A DNA stretch of 64,000 nucleotides from Mustelus asterias (GCF_964213995.1 NC_135810.1:100316001-100380000); one strand, 5' to 3'; counted from the stretch's first letter, positions 26,402 to 39,765 are shown. Made by a program: numbers and translations. The notes: generated by a model from the sequence alone, not told the origin.

Positions 26402-26907
26402 TGTTGTGGGAAAGTCACCACTTTGGAGTCAGACTTGGGGGTTCAACAAACAGTTTTATTCAGACAAAGCTTTGGGAGAAGTGCTGGCACTCCGCAGTAC
26501 AGGCAGTCACCTTCTCAACTACACAATGGTAGTTGAGCATCTTTTATACATTGTTAGATAATAGACAGTACGGACATTAGCTGTTAGCACATCGTTACTA
26601 GTTGAGTCGACAAGTACGGACATTGACAGTTATCACATCATTGTACATAGAGTAGATACATTTATGCAGTTATGTCCCCCATCAGTGGCTGATCTCGTTA
26701 TCAAACTCATTGTTTTGGGTCTGCTTTTATCTCAAGTTTAAGGTGCCTCAAGGTCTGACCTGTTTCCTGCAGTAATTTAAACACTACAGGTTTTAACTCT
26801 TTATGTAATGTCTGTGCCCAAAGTCAGTGCCTCTTAATGTCCTTTCCCAGAGTCCATTTTGTGCCAGGTAACCATTTTGTGTCCTTTACTTTGACTTCAC
26901 TCCAACA
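26402..26907 (-). mobile_element. Solo LTR (Gypsy- or ERV-like), 506 bp
   Basis: TGTTG...CAACA ends with extended imperfect inverted repeat (AAGTCA/TGACTT); CTTT duplicated at 26398-26401 and 26908-26911; TATAAA and AATAAA on minus strand. Confidence 0.7.
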
Positions 26908-27194
26908 CTTTGTTCTAACCTTCCATCTATCTGCTGCGCCGTGTTCTGTTATAACTCCTTCGGCTGATCCCTCAGTGTTGTGGGTTTGTACACGAGGGGG
27001 AAAGTACCTGGCCCTTAGTCTGCAACTGGTCAGGTCGACATGTTTAACATGTGGGATATCGCAAGCCTGAGTACATCATTCAGTGATGCAGTCTGATGGC
27101 GTCTTCCTGAGATCGGGCTGCTAGCAAGACGCTGCTTGGAGAATCGAATAAAAACAGCATGCAGAATGTTTAGGCTTCGGAGTCACAGTTTTTA

Positions 27195-27472
27195 AAGTTT
27201 AAAGTTTATTTATTTGTGTCACAAGTAGGCGGACATTAACATTGTAATGAAGTTACTGTGAAAATCCTCTAGTCGCCACACTCCAGCATCTGTTCGGTTA
27301 CACTGAGAGAGAATTTAGAATGGCCAATGCACCTAATCAACACATCCTTCAGACTGTGGGAGGAAACCGGAGCACCCGGAGGAAACCCATGCAGACACAG
27401 GGAGAATGTACAAACTCCACACAGACAGTGACCCAAGCCGGGAATCGAACCCGGGTCCTTGGCGCTGTGAGG
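27195..27472 (-). mobile_element. V-SINE subtype B
   Basis: Core and B tail. Confidence 0.88.
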
Positions 27473-27839
27473 TTTGGCTGACAAAATCCTTTAAAAGCGT
27501 TAGGGTTTGCCTTGGGGAAATGTAAGCCTCACACATTTCAGCTGCTGAATGCTCATTTTTGGAATCCATTGGTGTAAGTTTGTGCTCCAGAGGCTAAGCG
27601 CAGTGGCGAGGAGGGGAGAAGGTGGCTCAGAACTCGCTGGCTGTCGTGCTGCGCCAGATTGTCTGCTTTTCGCCTCATTAGATATACATGAATGTGAAGC
27701 ACCTCATATTTCATGGCAGGGTGGGTGGGCTGCAATTCATGCACCCCATGGCCCCATAGGGGCCATATTTAAATCGCACCCGCGCACAAACCTTTATCTC
27801 TTTATCTGCAGCCCAGGACCTGTCGTGATCACCAGCAAA

Positions 27840-27993
27840 ATGGCCCCTAAGAGAACCAAGCACACTGCTCTGAAGTCTACCACACCAGCTTGGGAGCAAG
27901 TCGCCAGTGCAGTCAGCGCTTGTGCATCACAGAGGAGAACTGTCATCCAGTGCACAGAGAATGAACGATCTCATCCGCTCTGCCAGGGTAAGT
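27840..27993 (+). pseudogene. Myb/SANT-like DNA-binding exon relic of a PIF/Harbinger transposon
   Basis: AWEQVASAVSA..QRRTVIQC, frameshift, RMNDLIRSAR, then GTAAGT donor; matches the trihelix W..VA..V....R...QC..R.NDL pattern. Confidence 0.65.
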
Positions 27994-28179
27994 CCACCTT
28001 CTCCTCACTCCCAGCTCACATTCTCACAAAGCCATCAGGCATTCGCAGGCATACAATCCACAGGGGTCTCGCACACTGCCGGCACAAGGGACGCCACACA
28101 CACACTGTAACATCATCATCTCGTCACATCCGATACAGCTCACATCCTCAGCACTGACTGAGGTCCACTTAGCACACGC

Positions 28180-28502
28180 GGGCAGCATGGTGGCACAGTG
28201 GTTAGCACTGCTGCCTCACAGTGCCAGGACCCAGGTTCAATTCCAGCTTGGGTCACTGTCTGTGTGGAATTTGCACATTCTCCCCATGTCTGCATGGGTT
28301 TCCTCCGGGTGCTCCGGTTTTCTCCCACAATCCAAAAATGTGTGGGTTAGGTTGATTGGCCATGGAACATTGTCCCTTAGTGTTAGGGCGATTAGTAGGG
28401 TAAATACATGGGGTTATGGGAATAGGGCCTGGAAGGGATTGTGGTTGGTGCAGATTTGATGGGATGAATGGCCTCCTTTGACACTACAGGGATTCTATGA
28501 TT
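28180..28502 (+). mobile_element. V-SINE subtype A
   Basis: Head, core and tail. Confidence 0.9.
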
Positions 28503-28741
28503 TACACACAGAAGGCAGACATACTTATCATTTGCTGTGGCTTGTGTCCTGCTCCCAGTCTGTCCCTGAGACTTCATGCAGGGGAAGATCACCCACAACA
28601 GCAGGGACAGAGCCCAGACCAGAGGTGAAATGCCTGAACTCAGACCAGGAATGCGGCTGCATTGATCGGTGTCTCCCAAGCCAGTGAGTACCCATTAACA
28701 GCTCCTGAGCTCCTGTGTGTACTTTGAGCCAATGGCTCAAT

Positions 28742-28871
28742 GGGCGGGATTTTCCGTCCGCACTCGACCCAAGACCAGAAAATCCCGCCCGAGGTCAGCA
28801 GACCTTTGCATGGTCCTCCCACCCCCACCCACTCCAATTCCCGTGGCGGGCGGGACAGGAAAATCCCGCAC
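28742..28871. mobile_element. 130-bp TIR MITE (Harbinger-like)
   Basis: AAT-GGGCGGGATTTTCC...GGAAAATCCCGCAC-AAT. Confidence 0.8.
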
Positions 28872-29521
28872 AATATGTCTTCATCGATAACAGGCACCAG
28901 CAGGGAGAGGGCCATCGGCAACCAGCCCAATAGCCCCAGCTCCCGGACCAGCACAGATTCGGGTCCACAGCAGACAGAGAGGCAGGGTCATCCAAAATTA
29001 CTGACACTCGGAGGACTGGTGAAGGTGAGGCTTCTGCAGAATTGGAGTCAGATGATGAGCCAGATGATCGACTGTAATAGAATTGTTGCAGCTACGGAGA
29101 CAGACAGGAGCATATCGAGCGGGGTTGTCACCATCACCGGATTAGGACAGAGCATGGAGGATATCATCTGTTTTCAGTCTGATGTCATTGTGCCGAGATG
29201 TCAGTGCACCCAGGACAACATTGGCGGGATGCTGACTGCCACACATACCTTAGTGCAGGACTTTGCTTTGTGCCAAGACCTACACTCCATCTGTCTAGGC
29301 ATAGGTGGGATTCCTCAGTGGTTAGGTAAGTGGGATGCAGAGTACCCTGACCTCACTCTAGGTCAGGTAAGCAGGGGCCCCATCAACCGACACCCCAGGG
29401 CCATCCATCCAAGTGACTCCAAGAATGTTCGGCAACTCCCAATCCCCTTTGCCTCTGAACTCCATCAGCTCCAGCTCCATAGGCCAAGGAGAGTGCACCT
29501 GCCCCACAGCAAGAGACTGTG

Positions 29522-29906
29522 CGCTAGGTTATTAATCCAGAAAGCTCAGCTAATCTTCTGGGGACCTGGGTTCAAATCCCGTCATGGCAGATGGTGGAAT
29601 TTGAATTCAATGACGAACAAAATCTGAAATTAAGAATCTACTAATGACCATGAAACCATTGTCGAATGTCAGAAAAAAACCATCTGGTTCATTAATGCCC
29701 TTTAGGGAAGGAAATCTGCTGTCCTTACCTGGTCTGGCCTACATGTGACTCCAGATCCATAGCAATGTGGTTTGACTCTCAGCTGCCCTCTGAAATGGCC
29801 TAGCAAGCCACTCAGTTGTCACCACCACCTTCTCAAGGGCAACAAGGAATGGGCAATAAATGCTGGCCAGCCAGCAATGCCCATGTCCCAAGAATGAATC
29901 AAAAAA
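29522..29906 (+). mobile_element. MER131/MetaSINE-like tRNA SINE
   Basis: B box GGTTCAAATCC; core GGTTCATTAATGCCCTTTAGGGAAGGAAATCTGC; LINE-derived tail GGGCAATAAATGCTGGC. Confidence 0.75.
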
Positions 29907-31343
29907 CATGCACAATTCCTGACTCCACGAGTTGTCTGTATACATTCGCTGCAGTCCACATGATTAACAACAGGAATGTATTAAGATGGCGGTGCAGAGG
30001 GGTGAAAGCAGATGAGAACCTGCAAACTATCAGTCTGTGACACTCACGCTAATGGGCTGTGCCACTGGCCGACCTGCATATTTATTTTTCCCTCCACTCC
30101 CAATTTTCTGCCTTTATCTCCTGATGACACTGACTCAGGCTGTGAAACTGTTCCACACATAATGACCATTTTGCTTACATTCTTATTGCTTTCTGATGAA
30201 GAAACTTCTGCTGGATTTGTTGTTGGATTTATTTGCGATTATTATTTATTGCCTGCAGGATGAGGATGCCAGTTAGCTGAATTGTTTTGATGGTGGTTTG
30301 GAATAATGCCAACAGGCGCACGTTCAAGTCCTAGTCCGGCTGAGGTAAAACTGGGATCTGCTTCTTGGCCTCGCAGCTAAGTCTGGAAGGCAACGGTAAA
30401 CCACCACTGACAAAAACTGTCACGAAAAATGGCTCAGGGTAAAGCACAGTGTGCTATAAGCCAAGGACCTACCTTTGGGCAGAACGCTCCTGGGATGGAA
30501 TGCATTGTTAGATGAATGGAAATATCTTTTCTGCATCCACCTTATCAAACCTGTCCCAAATTATAAAGCCCTTTAATAGTCAACTCTTCTATTTTCTAGA
30601 GAATAGCGCTCCCGTCTGTGCAGCCTGTCCTAGCCATGATTCCCCCTCAGGTACACAGTTCAGTTCATATTCCGAACAGGCGCCGGACTGTGACGACTAG
30701 GGGAATTTCACAGTAACTTCATTGCAGTGTTAATGTAAGCCTTACTTGTGACTAATAAATAAACTTTAATTGTGGCAACACTTCACACGCCTCACTACCT
30801 CCCCCTTCATCTTTATTAAAATCAGGTTGAAAGAAAATTCCAGATCAACTTTTCCAGCTTCAGAAATGGAGTTCACTCTGGAAAACCTAACTCTGAAAAG
30901 AAAATACCCGAATGATTTATTATAATTGCCGGCCGTTTATTCAACATGGGTTAAAGAATCCCACGGCAATAGAAGAGTCAAACATTAGCAATGGAAACTG
31001 CAAAGCAGACCCAGCACCAAATGACAACTGTAAATCACTGGATTGCTTTCCTGCGCCAATAAATAGTTCATTAAAGTTCCACTCTTGGCACATTGACTGC
31101 ATTCCTTCATTCTCCCATGGGACTTGCAAGGGTGCTAATGTCACCATCAGGCTTATTTTCCCAGAAGTGAACACTAGCTCTCTGTAATGCTGTTACTGCA
31201 CTGTGGACATTTATATGAAAATTAATCAGCTAACATTTGACGGAAAAGAAAACACTGGCAATAGGAAGATGGATCATGCGGGGGAGAAGTCCACCCCAAT
31301 GCACAATGTTCTTGACGAAATAACTAACCAAGGCCAACACAAT

Positions 31344-31470
31344 GGGCAGGATTTTTCAGCCTCGCTCACCCCAAAACCGGAAAATCCTGCCTGAAGTCAA
31401 TAATCCTTTCCATGGTCCGCCCCTCGCCTGCTCCAATTCTCATGGCGGGCGGGAAGGTAAAATTCACCTC
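31344..31470. mobile_element. 127-bp TIR MITE (Harbinger-like)
   Basis: AAT-GGGCAGGATTTT...AAAATTCACCTC-AAT. Confidence 0.75.
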
Positions 31471-31542
31471 AATGTCGCTCTGGGGTGAGATCCTCAGAAC
31501 TTTTCAGTTTATATCCCACAGACTGCACAAGTGGCACAGTGT

Positions 31543-31850
31543 GCCACGGTGGCACAGTGGTTAGCACTGCTGCCTCACAGCGCCAGGGACCTGGGTTCGA
31601 TTCCCAGCTTGGGTCACTGTCTGTGTGGAGTCTACACGTTCTCCCCGTGTCTGTGTGGGTTTCGTCCAGGTGCTCCGGTTTCCTCCCACGGTCCAAAAGA
31701 CGTGCTGGTTAGGTGCATTGGCTGCGCCAAAATTCTCCCTCAGTGTACCCGAACAGGCGCCGGAGTGTGGCAACTAGGGGATTTTCACAGTAACTTAATT
31801 GCAGTGTTAATGTAAGTCTACTTGCTTACATTAAATAAACTTTAAACTTT
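31543..31850 (+). mobile_element. V-SINE subtype B
   Basis: Head, core and B tail. Confidence 0.9.
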
Positions 31851-32094
31851 AGCTCTGTCTTGAAGATTTTGTCTCACAAGACAATTAAGCTTGACATATA
31901 CAGCTCCTCATATTCAACACAGTTATTTACAATAATCAAAGAAGGTTTCAGAAGAAGTACGTCAACCAGATGTACAAATTCAAAGTATGAGAGGTTAGAA
32001 ATGCATTAGGCTCGCAAGGTTGCTACTTGTGAATTGGGCGCTTAGATGATCCAGAATGGCAGCAGAGTCCAAGTGATCTTCACGGCAACTGCCT

Positions 32095-33080
32095 GCCTTT
32101 ATGTAGTAACTTCAACACAATAAGGCATTACCAAGTGCTTTATAGGACCATCATCAAACAAAATTTGGCACCAAACCTCATGAGGAGATACTTGGGCAGA
32201 TGGCAGATATCCACAAGCCCAGTCTAAGAGATAAGTTTTAGGGAGCATCTTCAAGGAGGAAAGCAAAATGGAGGGTGAGAGGTTTAAGGGAGGGAATTCC
32301 AGAGCTTCGGGCATTGCAGCTGAAAGCACAGTCACCAGTGGCGGAGCGATTAAAATCGGGGCTCTTCAACACATCGGAGTTAGATTAGTGCAGATAATAC
32401 CAACGGGTTTTAGGAGACTGGAGGAAAATACAGAGATAAGGAGGGGAAAGGCCACAGCAAGAATCTGACACCAACTGACGGAAATGTTAAAACCAAGACA
32501 TGGCCAGATGAGGAGCGAATACGGGGGTGATGGGTGAATGGGGCTTGGTGCGAATTAGGCTATCGGCTGCAGAGTTTTGGATAACCCCAAGTTTATGGAG
32601 GGTGCAAAATAAGAGCAAGGTGGCACAGTGGTTAGCACTGCTGCCTCACAGCACCAGGGATCCAGGTTAGATTCCCGGCTTGGGTCACTGTCTGTGTGGA
32701 GTTTGCATGTTCTCCGCGTGTCTGCGTGGGTTTCCTCCGGGTGCTCCAGTTATCTCCCACAGTCCAAAGATGTGCGCATTAGGTGGATTGGCCATGTTAA
32801 ATTGCTCTTTAGTGTCAGGGGGGCTAGCTACGGTAAATACATGGGGTTATGGGGATAGCGTCTGGGTGGGATTGTGGTCGATGCAGACTCGATGGACCAA
32901 ATGGCCTCCTTTTGCACTGTAGGGATTCTATGGTTCTAAGAGTCCAGCTAAGTGTGCACTGGAATAGTCAAGTTCAGGGGTAACAAAGGCATGGATGAGG
33001 GTTTCCAGAGCAGGTGAGCTTAGGTAGGGTTGGAGTGGGCAATGTTCTGGAGGTGAAAATAGATAGTCACACGATGGTTT
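32095..33080 (-). mobile_element. L2-like LINE 3' relic (interrupted by a SINE)
   Basis: Minus strand ...LSSLKMLPKTYLLD and an L2-like 3' end; similar relic at 60745-60970. Confidence 0.55.
32614..32938 (+). mobile_element. V-SINE subtype A
   Basis: Head, core and tail. Confidence 0.9.
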
Positions 33081-34487
33081 GGAAAAGTTAAATTAAATCA
33101 GATTGCAAAACACAAGACTGTTCATTATAAAAGGAATTCACAAAAAGAGATATTTTGAACTTATTTTTAATGTTCAAGCTCTCCCAGTGGAATATCTATA
33201 CTGAAAATAAGAATTCTTTCTCGAAACCACATTTTAATAAGTGCTTTCTGATCAAAAAATACATTCCATATTTATTTCTCTAATACCGATACCAGCCACA
33301 GTGAGAATGACATGATTCCCAGCTGCCACCAAGTTGTGTAAGGCAGTGCATTGAACAGGGCAAGTTTCAATTGGAGGCATATCCAGCACCTGATCTCCAG
33401 TCTGAACATAAGCTGCTTCAATTTTACTTGTAACATCGAATCTAACGTCAGCCACACACAATCTAATTAGATTTCCACCGATCTTCAATGGTGAAAGTAC
33501 ATCCAATCCCTGGGTTTGGGCTGAGTTGTCGATCAGAACGGCAATGGGGACGCCGATGAAATCAAACCCAGCACAGGAGGAGAAACACCAGCTAGGTTCC
33601 TAATCCTATTCATCATTCAATGGCCGCTGCTGAAAGTGTGCAATGTACCAAAATGCATCCTTTTCCCAGCAAGTGAGGCTGCCTATTACAGAGGAAAAGA
33701 CATAAGCACAGAACCAGAACCAGGAAAAGAGAGTGCAGTATTTGTTTATAGATAGGGAATATTTGGAATATTTGGCAAACTGTATCCCTCCCATGTTTAC
33801 AGAATTAAATCCCCATAACAGAGCCTGGAAAATGGGTCTAATGTAAGCAATGCAAGCATTAGCTCTCTAAGGACGGGAAATGTTTCAATGACTCTGAGGG
33901 ATAAAACAAAGATTGGATAAGTATGCATTTTCTTCGCCACAGGGTCATTCAACGGTTTTCTGTGGTTTCTGAACCAGCTGTTTGTAATTATACAGAGATG
34001 CATTAATATTTAACTGGGGGAGTTACTATGCAGAGAGCAGGGCTTTGTAATGTCTCTGGTGTTAGCAAAGCAGATTTTAGGATTTGTTTTAGCTATGGGC
34101 ATTTTTACTGAAAGTTCCCGGGGTTTTGGAAGAACAAACAGTTCGAAAGTTATTACCCAACCAGTTAAACGTGGTCAGCAGGGTTGGAATTTCGTTACAC
34201 AATGGAGCGGTTTCACAGCGCAGGTTTGGACTAACTAAAGTCTTCCACCAAGCTGTGCAAATGAATGGTTCTTATCGAATGCTTAATCAGCCAAAACCAT
34301 ACGCAAGTGACCTCTTTCTCCTCTGTACTGCCTAAAGCCAGTCTTTCAGGGCATGCATTATTTTCTAAATTGCTTCATATTTCTCACCTTTGGCATGTCC
34401 ACATTCTAATGAGGACAGCTATCTAATAGGTACAAAGCAAGTGTGAGTAATTTTCTGAAGCTTGCTGAACAAGGCATTGACACAATT

Positions 34488-34775
34488 GGGTGATACGGTG
34501 GCACAGTGGTTAGCACTGCTGCCTCACAGCGCCAGGGACCCGGGTTTGATTCCAGCTTGGGTCACTATCTGTGCGGAGTCTGCTTGTTCTCCCTGTGTCT
34601 GCATGGGTTTCCTCCTACAGAGCGAAAGACCCGCTGGTTACGTGCATTGGCCATGCTGAATTCTCCCTCAGTGTACCCGAACAGGTGCCAGAGAGTGGTG
34701 AGTGGGGGATTTTCACAGTAACTTCACTGCAGTATTAATGTAAACAGGCTTGTGACACTAATAAATAAACTAAAA
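34488..34775 (+). mobile_element. V-SINE subtype B
   Basis: Head, core and B tail. Confidence 0.88.
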
Positions 34776-35384
34776 AAACGTTAAGCAAATGTGCTGTTAA
34801 CTGACAGAAGGACTCAATGTAAAACTCCTGCTGCTGCTACTTGGCACTGACTGGCATAGGATGCCGTGGCAGTCACATGAAAGCGATATGTGAATCTGGT
34901 CTCCTTGCACCACTTCATGTAACCTTTGCACCCATGTCCCTCCAGAAAGAACTGGAATCAGGAACCTCCTTAGAAGCAACTTAATTATGACTTTTCTACC
35001 AGTTTAACAATGTTCTTCTCTCAAGAGTTGTTTTCCCTTTGCTGGTCTACACATGCTAGATGATATTTTGGTGAGGGCAGTTATGTAACCCACATCCTGC
35101 CCTCAGCCAAAGATTTCTGTAATAAGGTTTTATGGGATATGAGGAAAAAAGCATTGTGTAATTCCCTCCCTCAAGAAAACTTGCTGTGAAAAACAAATGA
35201 TGCCCTCTAATCTGCCGACACGCCCGTGTTGTGCTCATTTTAAAAACTTTTTTTGTCAATTTTTCTCCCCTTTCCAACCTTAGTGGGCACAAGGGTTGTC
35301 AGGTGCCCTGCAGCACCTCGCCCAGGTAGCAATGATTTTACATGTGATCTTCGACGGTGAGTATGAGCGCAGGTATGAAAAGGT

Positions 35385-35517
35385 GGGCGGTACACTGGCA
35401 CAATGGTTAGCGCTGCTGCTTCACAGCTCCAGGGATCCGGGTTCGATTCCAGCCTTGGGTGTCTGTCTGTGTGGAGTTTGCATGTTTTTCTGTGTTTGCG
35501 TGGGTTTTCGCCAGGTG
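35385..35517 (+). mobile_element. V-SINE 5' half
   Basis: tRNA head and start of core only. Confidence 0.75.
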
Positions 35518-36475
35518 TGTGTGCATGTGTGTTGTGTGAACTCTATCCTGTCCAGGCACGCGGCATGGAGAGGTCGCTGCAGTGACCCATTGTCTCTAAC
35601 TTTGTCCCAAGGAGGAGGAGGAGGAAGAGATGAAAGGCAACCTCATCCCATCTTCATTACACACACACACACACACACTAACCCATGGGCACTGCAATTA
35701 TTGGAGTTAGACAATGCAGCGCTTGTTTGGAATTGAACCTCCTTGGAATGTGTGGCCTAACTAACTGGTTGACCTCATTGCCACTGTGAGTTATTTGAGA
35801 TCTCTGGAATCTGAATTCCCAAGTAAATCCCAGCAACAAATGTGGAATGCCCATTTGAGTGGTAGCATGTTAAGCATTCGCTGGATCGAGTATGCAACAT
35901 GAGTAATGTTGACTAACCCCGCGTCCAACTGGCATACCCCCGTCCTCAGTACCTTGGCACAAGTACCACATCAAATTCAAAGCATATGTTGCCTCCCCTC
36001 CCTGCCAATAAATAGAGTGCTGGTGCCAAGCCTTTAACTTCAGAATTCTTGAGGTTCCCGAGGAATTCTCCTGGACTTGCCCCAAAAGTTGCCCTCTGCC
36101 ATGAGGGGAGAGGACCAGAAGATACATCAGCTCTCTTCCCCCAGAACGTGAGCTGTTCTTCAGTCAGGATGTATCTGAAACCTGTCCCAAAATGCCGCTT
36201 CCCTCATAGCAAGAAATCAGTCTGCCCTCCGCTTTCTCCAAATTCTGGAATTTCGGCAGCTATCGGTCCTGCCTCCACCCTCTCCTTCGCCACCAAGGTT
36301 GTGGATCCCAGTACAATACGGCATTCCATCGACTGGCCAGACTAGGAATGAGTAAAACTCGGGAGAAGCATCAGAAAGCTTTTAAACCTGAATCCCAGGT
36401 GTGCAATACAATGGGTTTTTGTTTAACTGCTCAGCACCAGTCTCGCCGATTACAAAATATATCAATTACAGTTGG

Positions 36476-37023
36476 CCTCTACTTTCTCAGGAGGCTAAGG
36501 AAATTTGGCATGTCCGCTATGACTCTTACAAATTTTTACAGATGCACCATAGAAAGCATTCTTTCTGGTTGTATCACAGCTTGGTATGGCTCCTGCTCTG
36601 CCCAAGACCGCAGGAAGTTGCAAAGAGTCGTGAACGTAGCCCATCCATCACACAAACCAGCCTCCCATCCATTGACTCCGTCTACGCTTCCTGCTGCCTT
36701 GGAAAAGCAGCCAGCATAATTAAGGACCCCACGCACCCCGGATATACTCTCTTCCAGCTTCTTCCATCGGGAAAAAGATACAAAAGCCTGAGATGTGACT
36801 CAAGAACAGCTGCCATCAGACTTTTGAATGGACCTACCATATATTAAGCTGATCTTTCTCTACACCCTAGCTATGACTGTAACACTACATTCTGCACCCT
36901 CTCCTTTCCTTCTCCCCTTTGTACTCTATGAATGGTATGCTTTGTCTGTATAGCGCGCAAGAAACAATACTTTTTACTGTACCCCAATACATATGACAAT
37001 GATAAATCAAATCAAATCAAATC
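36476..37023 (+). mobile_element. Rex1/Babar-like LINE 3' fragment
   Basis: LYFLRRLRKFGMS..LTNFYRCTIESILSGCITAWYG; (AAATC)n tail. Confidence 0.85.
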
Positions 37024-37891
37024 TGGGGCTCTGGGAATTGTGGCGTTATATAGTCGGCTCGTGGCGTTAGCCGACTCTAGATTATCATTGCCAACTCTCC
37101 GGAAGGGAGTTAGGGCCTGGGTTTTTCTGGCTGGGCTGAGTCAGAGGATCACAAGGGAAAAAATGAAAGGGATTAAAAAAACAATTACAGTCATTTTATT
37201 GGAACTGGAGACAGAGAGGTCGGAAACAAATACATGAGAAATATTCAATTCACTTAGGATTGATGCAAAAGCAATTGTAAGGGAAGCAGCCTCGCCTTTG
37301 AATATCACCGTCTACAGTAACTGTATTCCTGAATGCCAGATAGTCGATACCCAACATCAGATTAAAGCCTCTATCATTCCAGTTAATCCAACAATGTGAG
37401 AACTAATATCCAGCTCGTGTTTAATGTTGACCTTCTCGGGGGCAATTAGGAATGCGCAATAAACACCTGGCTAGCCAGCGGCGCCCACACTCTGTGAAAG
37501 AATATTTTTAAAAAACACTTTGAAAATAACGGATTAGACGATGCAGATATTGATTCATAAAACTGCAGCATATAAATCAATACATTCTTGTCATCCTCAC
37601 AAAGAAGCTGTGGCTGGGACTGTTTTCCATTTTTCAGGCATTTTCTATCGATTTTCTTTTAAAGGAAAGGTCACACTGTAATGGCCAAACAAATGGCCAA
37701 GAGGCAAAACAAATAACAGACGAGCATCCAACCTGGAATCCAACAATTTTTCAGACTTCTCAAGGCAATTTGGAACAATATGAATGCACCCGATAGATGG
37801 CGTTGTGACTGGTATCCTCCCACTGACTGCACACCTGGGTCCCTGATCCTGACAGCACTGTAGATCTACAGTATAATCTTCGGAGAACAAA

Positions 37892-38214
37892 GGGCGATGC
37901 GGTAGCACAGTGGTTAGCACTGCTGCCTCACAGGGCCAGGGACCCGGGTTCAATTCCCGCCCTCGGGTCACAGTCTGTGTGGAGTTTGCACATTCTCCCC
38001 GTGTCTGCGTGGGTTTCCTCCGGGCACTCTGGTTTCCTCCCACTGTCCAAAGATGTGCGGGTTAGGTTAATTGGCCATGCTAAGTTGACCCTAGTGTCAG
38101 AGGGATTAACAGGGTAAATGTGTGGGGTTGCGGGAGTAGCGGTTGGGTGGGATTATGGTTGGTGCAGACTCGATAGGCCAAATGGCCTCCTTCTGTACTG
38201 TAGGGATTCTATGA
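37892..38214 (+). mobile_element. V-SINE subtype A
   Basis: Head, core and tail. Confidence 0.9.
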
Positions 38215-38277
38215 TAACAAAGGAACCAACTGTGGTAATGTAAGCACAAGGAGCAGACTCAAGAGCACAGAAAGAAA

Positions 38278-38510
38278 GTCCCCAATGGTTCCAGAAGTAG
38301 GATGAGGGGTAAACCTTTTAGAACTGAGGTGAGGAAAAATTTCTTCACCCAGAGAGTGGTGAAGGTGTGGAATTCACTACCACAGAATGTAGTTGAGGCA
38401 AAAACGTGTGATTTCAAGAAGAAATTAGATATAGCTCTTGGGGCTAAAGGGACCAGGGATATGGGAGGGAGGGGGGATCAGGATATTGAACATGATGTTC
38501 AGCTATGAAC
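38278..38510 (+). mobile_element. CR1-like LINE fragment
   Basis: RGKPFRTEVRKNFFTQRVVKVWNSLP. Confidence 0.8.
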
Positions 38511-39507
38511 ATGGATTTGAGGATTGGAATTGTTCATTTGCCCCAGTGTTGACATGATCCAAGTGTCTATCTTGTACTCTCCCAGTTGTTACCTTCAGAT
38601 TAGCTGATTTAAAGGGCAGAAACTGATGGCTTAATGCACATGGAGTGGCAAGGAGTGTGGTATAGCCCTGATCATGTGCTTGGTTTGCACAATAGTGATT
38701 TCATGTTCCTGAACATGAAGGGAGAAAAGCAGTCAGCTCAGATTGGTCTCCTCAATGCTGGTCCCGGCTGGAAATAAAAGCACATGCGTGGACCATGGGG
38801 CTGAGTCTCATGTTCTTATGGTCGGAGCAGGGAGCCGTACACTGAAGCAGGTTTGCCTTGGAGAATCAGCACTACTGGCTGTGCTGTAGCTTAGTTTACA
38901 ATTCACAATGGTTGCAGGTGATCATGTTAAATGGCAGAGCAGACTCGAAGGGCTGAATTGTCTACTCCGGCTCCTAATTCCTATGTCCCTATGTGTGGTT
39001 TCTCCTGTTCCCAGTTCAGGATATGATAACTAAGGAGCCGGAATGACGACCCAGTGACCGTGAGTTTAAATTCCCCTCTGGTGAGTGGTGAAATTGAATT
39101 CAATAAATCTGGTGAAATATGGGCTGGCATCACAAGGAAAATAACTGTGATGGCTTGTTACTAACCCAACTTGTCCACCAATGTCTTGCAGGTGAGGGAA
39201 CGTGTCACTGCTACCCAGTCTGACCTTTATGTGACTCTAATCCCACATACTATGACAGATTTTTTTTAACGCCTCTTTCTTTGGCCCAACAAGTCACCCT
39301 CTTGTAAAAACCAAATGCTGCAAATTCTACACATCCCACCATTGCCTTTGCAGAGGGTCATGGTGCGGGCAAGAATTGTGTCCCAGCCTACATCACCCCT
39401 ATTCCAAGTATGAGGTGAAAGAAAGGTTTCATCCCTTTGAGTAAGGGATAGAAACAGGATGAACTATGATGCTCCCAGGAGTCAAAATAGACTTTTGATA
39501 CTTAGTA

Positions 39508-39765
39508 TGATTTGATTTGATTTATTATTGTCACATGTATTAGTATACAGTGAAAAGCATTGTTTTTTGTACACCCTACAGACAAAGCATATCGTTTATA
39601 GAGGAGGAAACAAGAGAGTGCCGAATGTTACAGTCATAGCTATGGTGTAGAGAAAGATCAATTTAATGCAAGGTAGGTCCATTCAAAAGTCTGATGGCAG
39701 CAGGGAAGAAGCTGTTCTTGAGTCGATTGGTACGTGACCTCGGACTTTTGTATCTTTTCCTCGAC
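39508..39765 (-). mobile_element. Rex1/Babar-like LINE 3' end
   Basis: Plus strand (TTTGA)n TTTATTATTGTCACATG; same family as 8452. Confidence 0.8.

Noticed and set aside
28740-29627. 295-aa ORF
   Set aside because: Starts inside a MITE and ends inside a SINE; the middle is probably decayed transposon sequence with no recognisable domain.
33252-33506. 84-aa minus-strand ORF
   Set aside because: Short, unrecognised, no splice or homology support.
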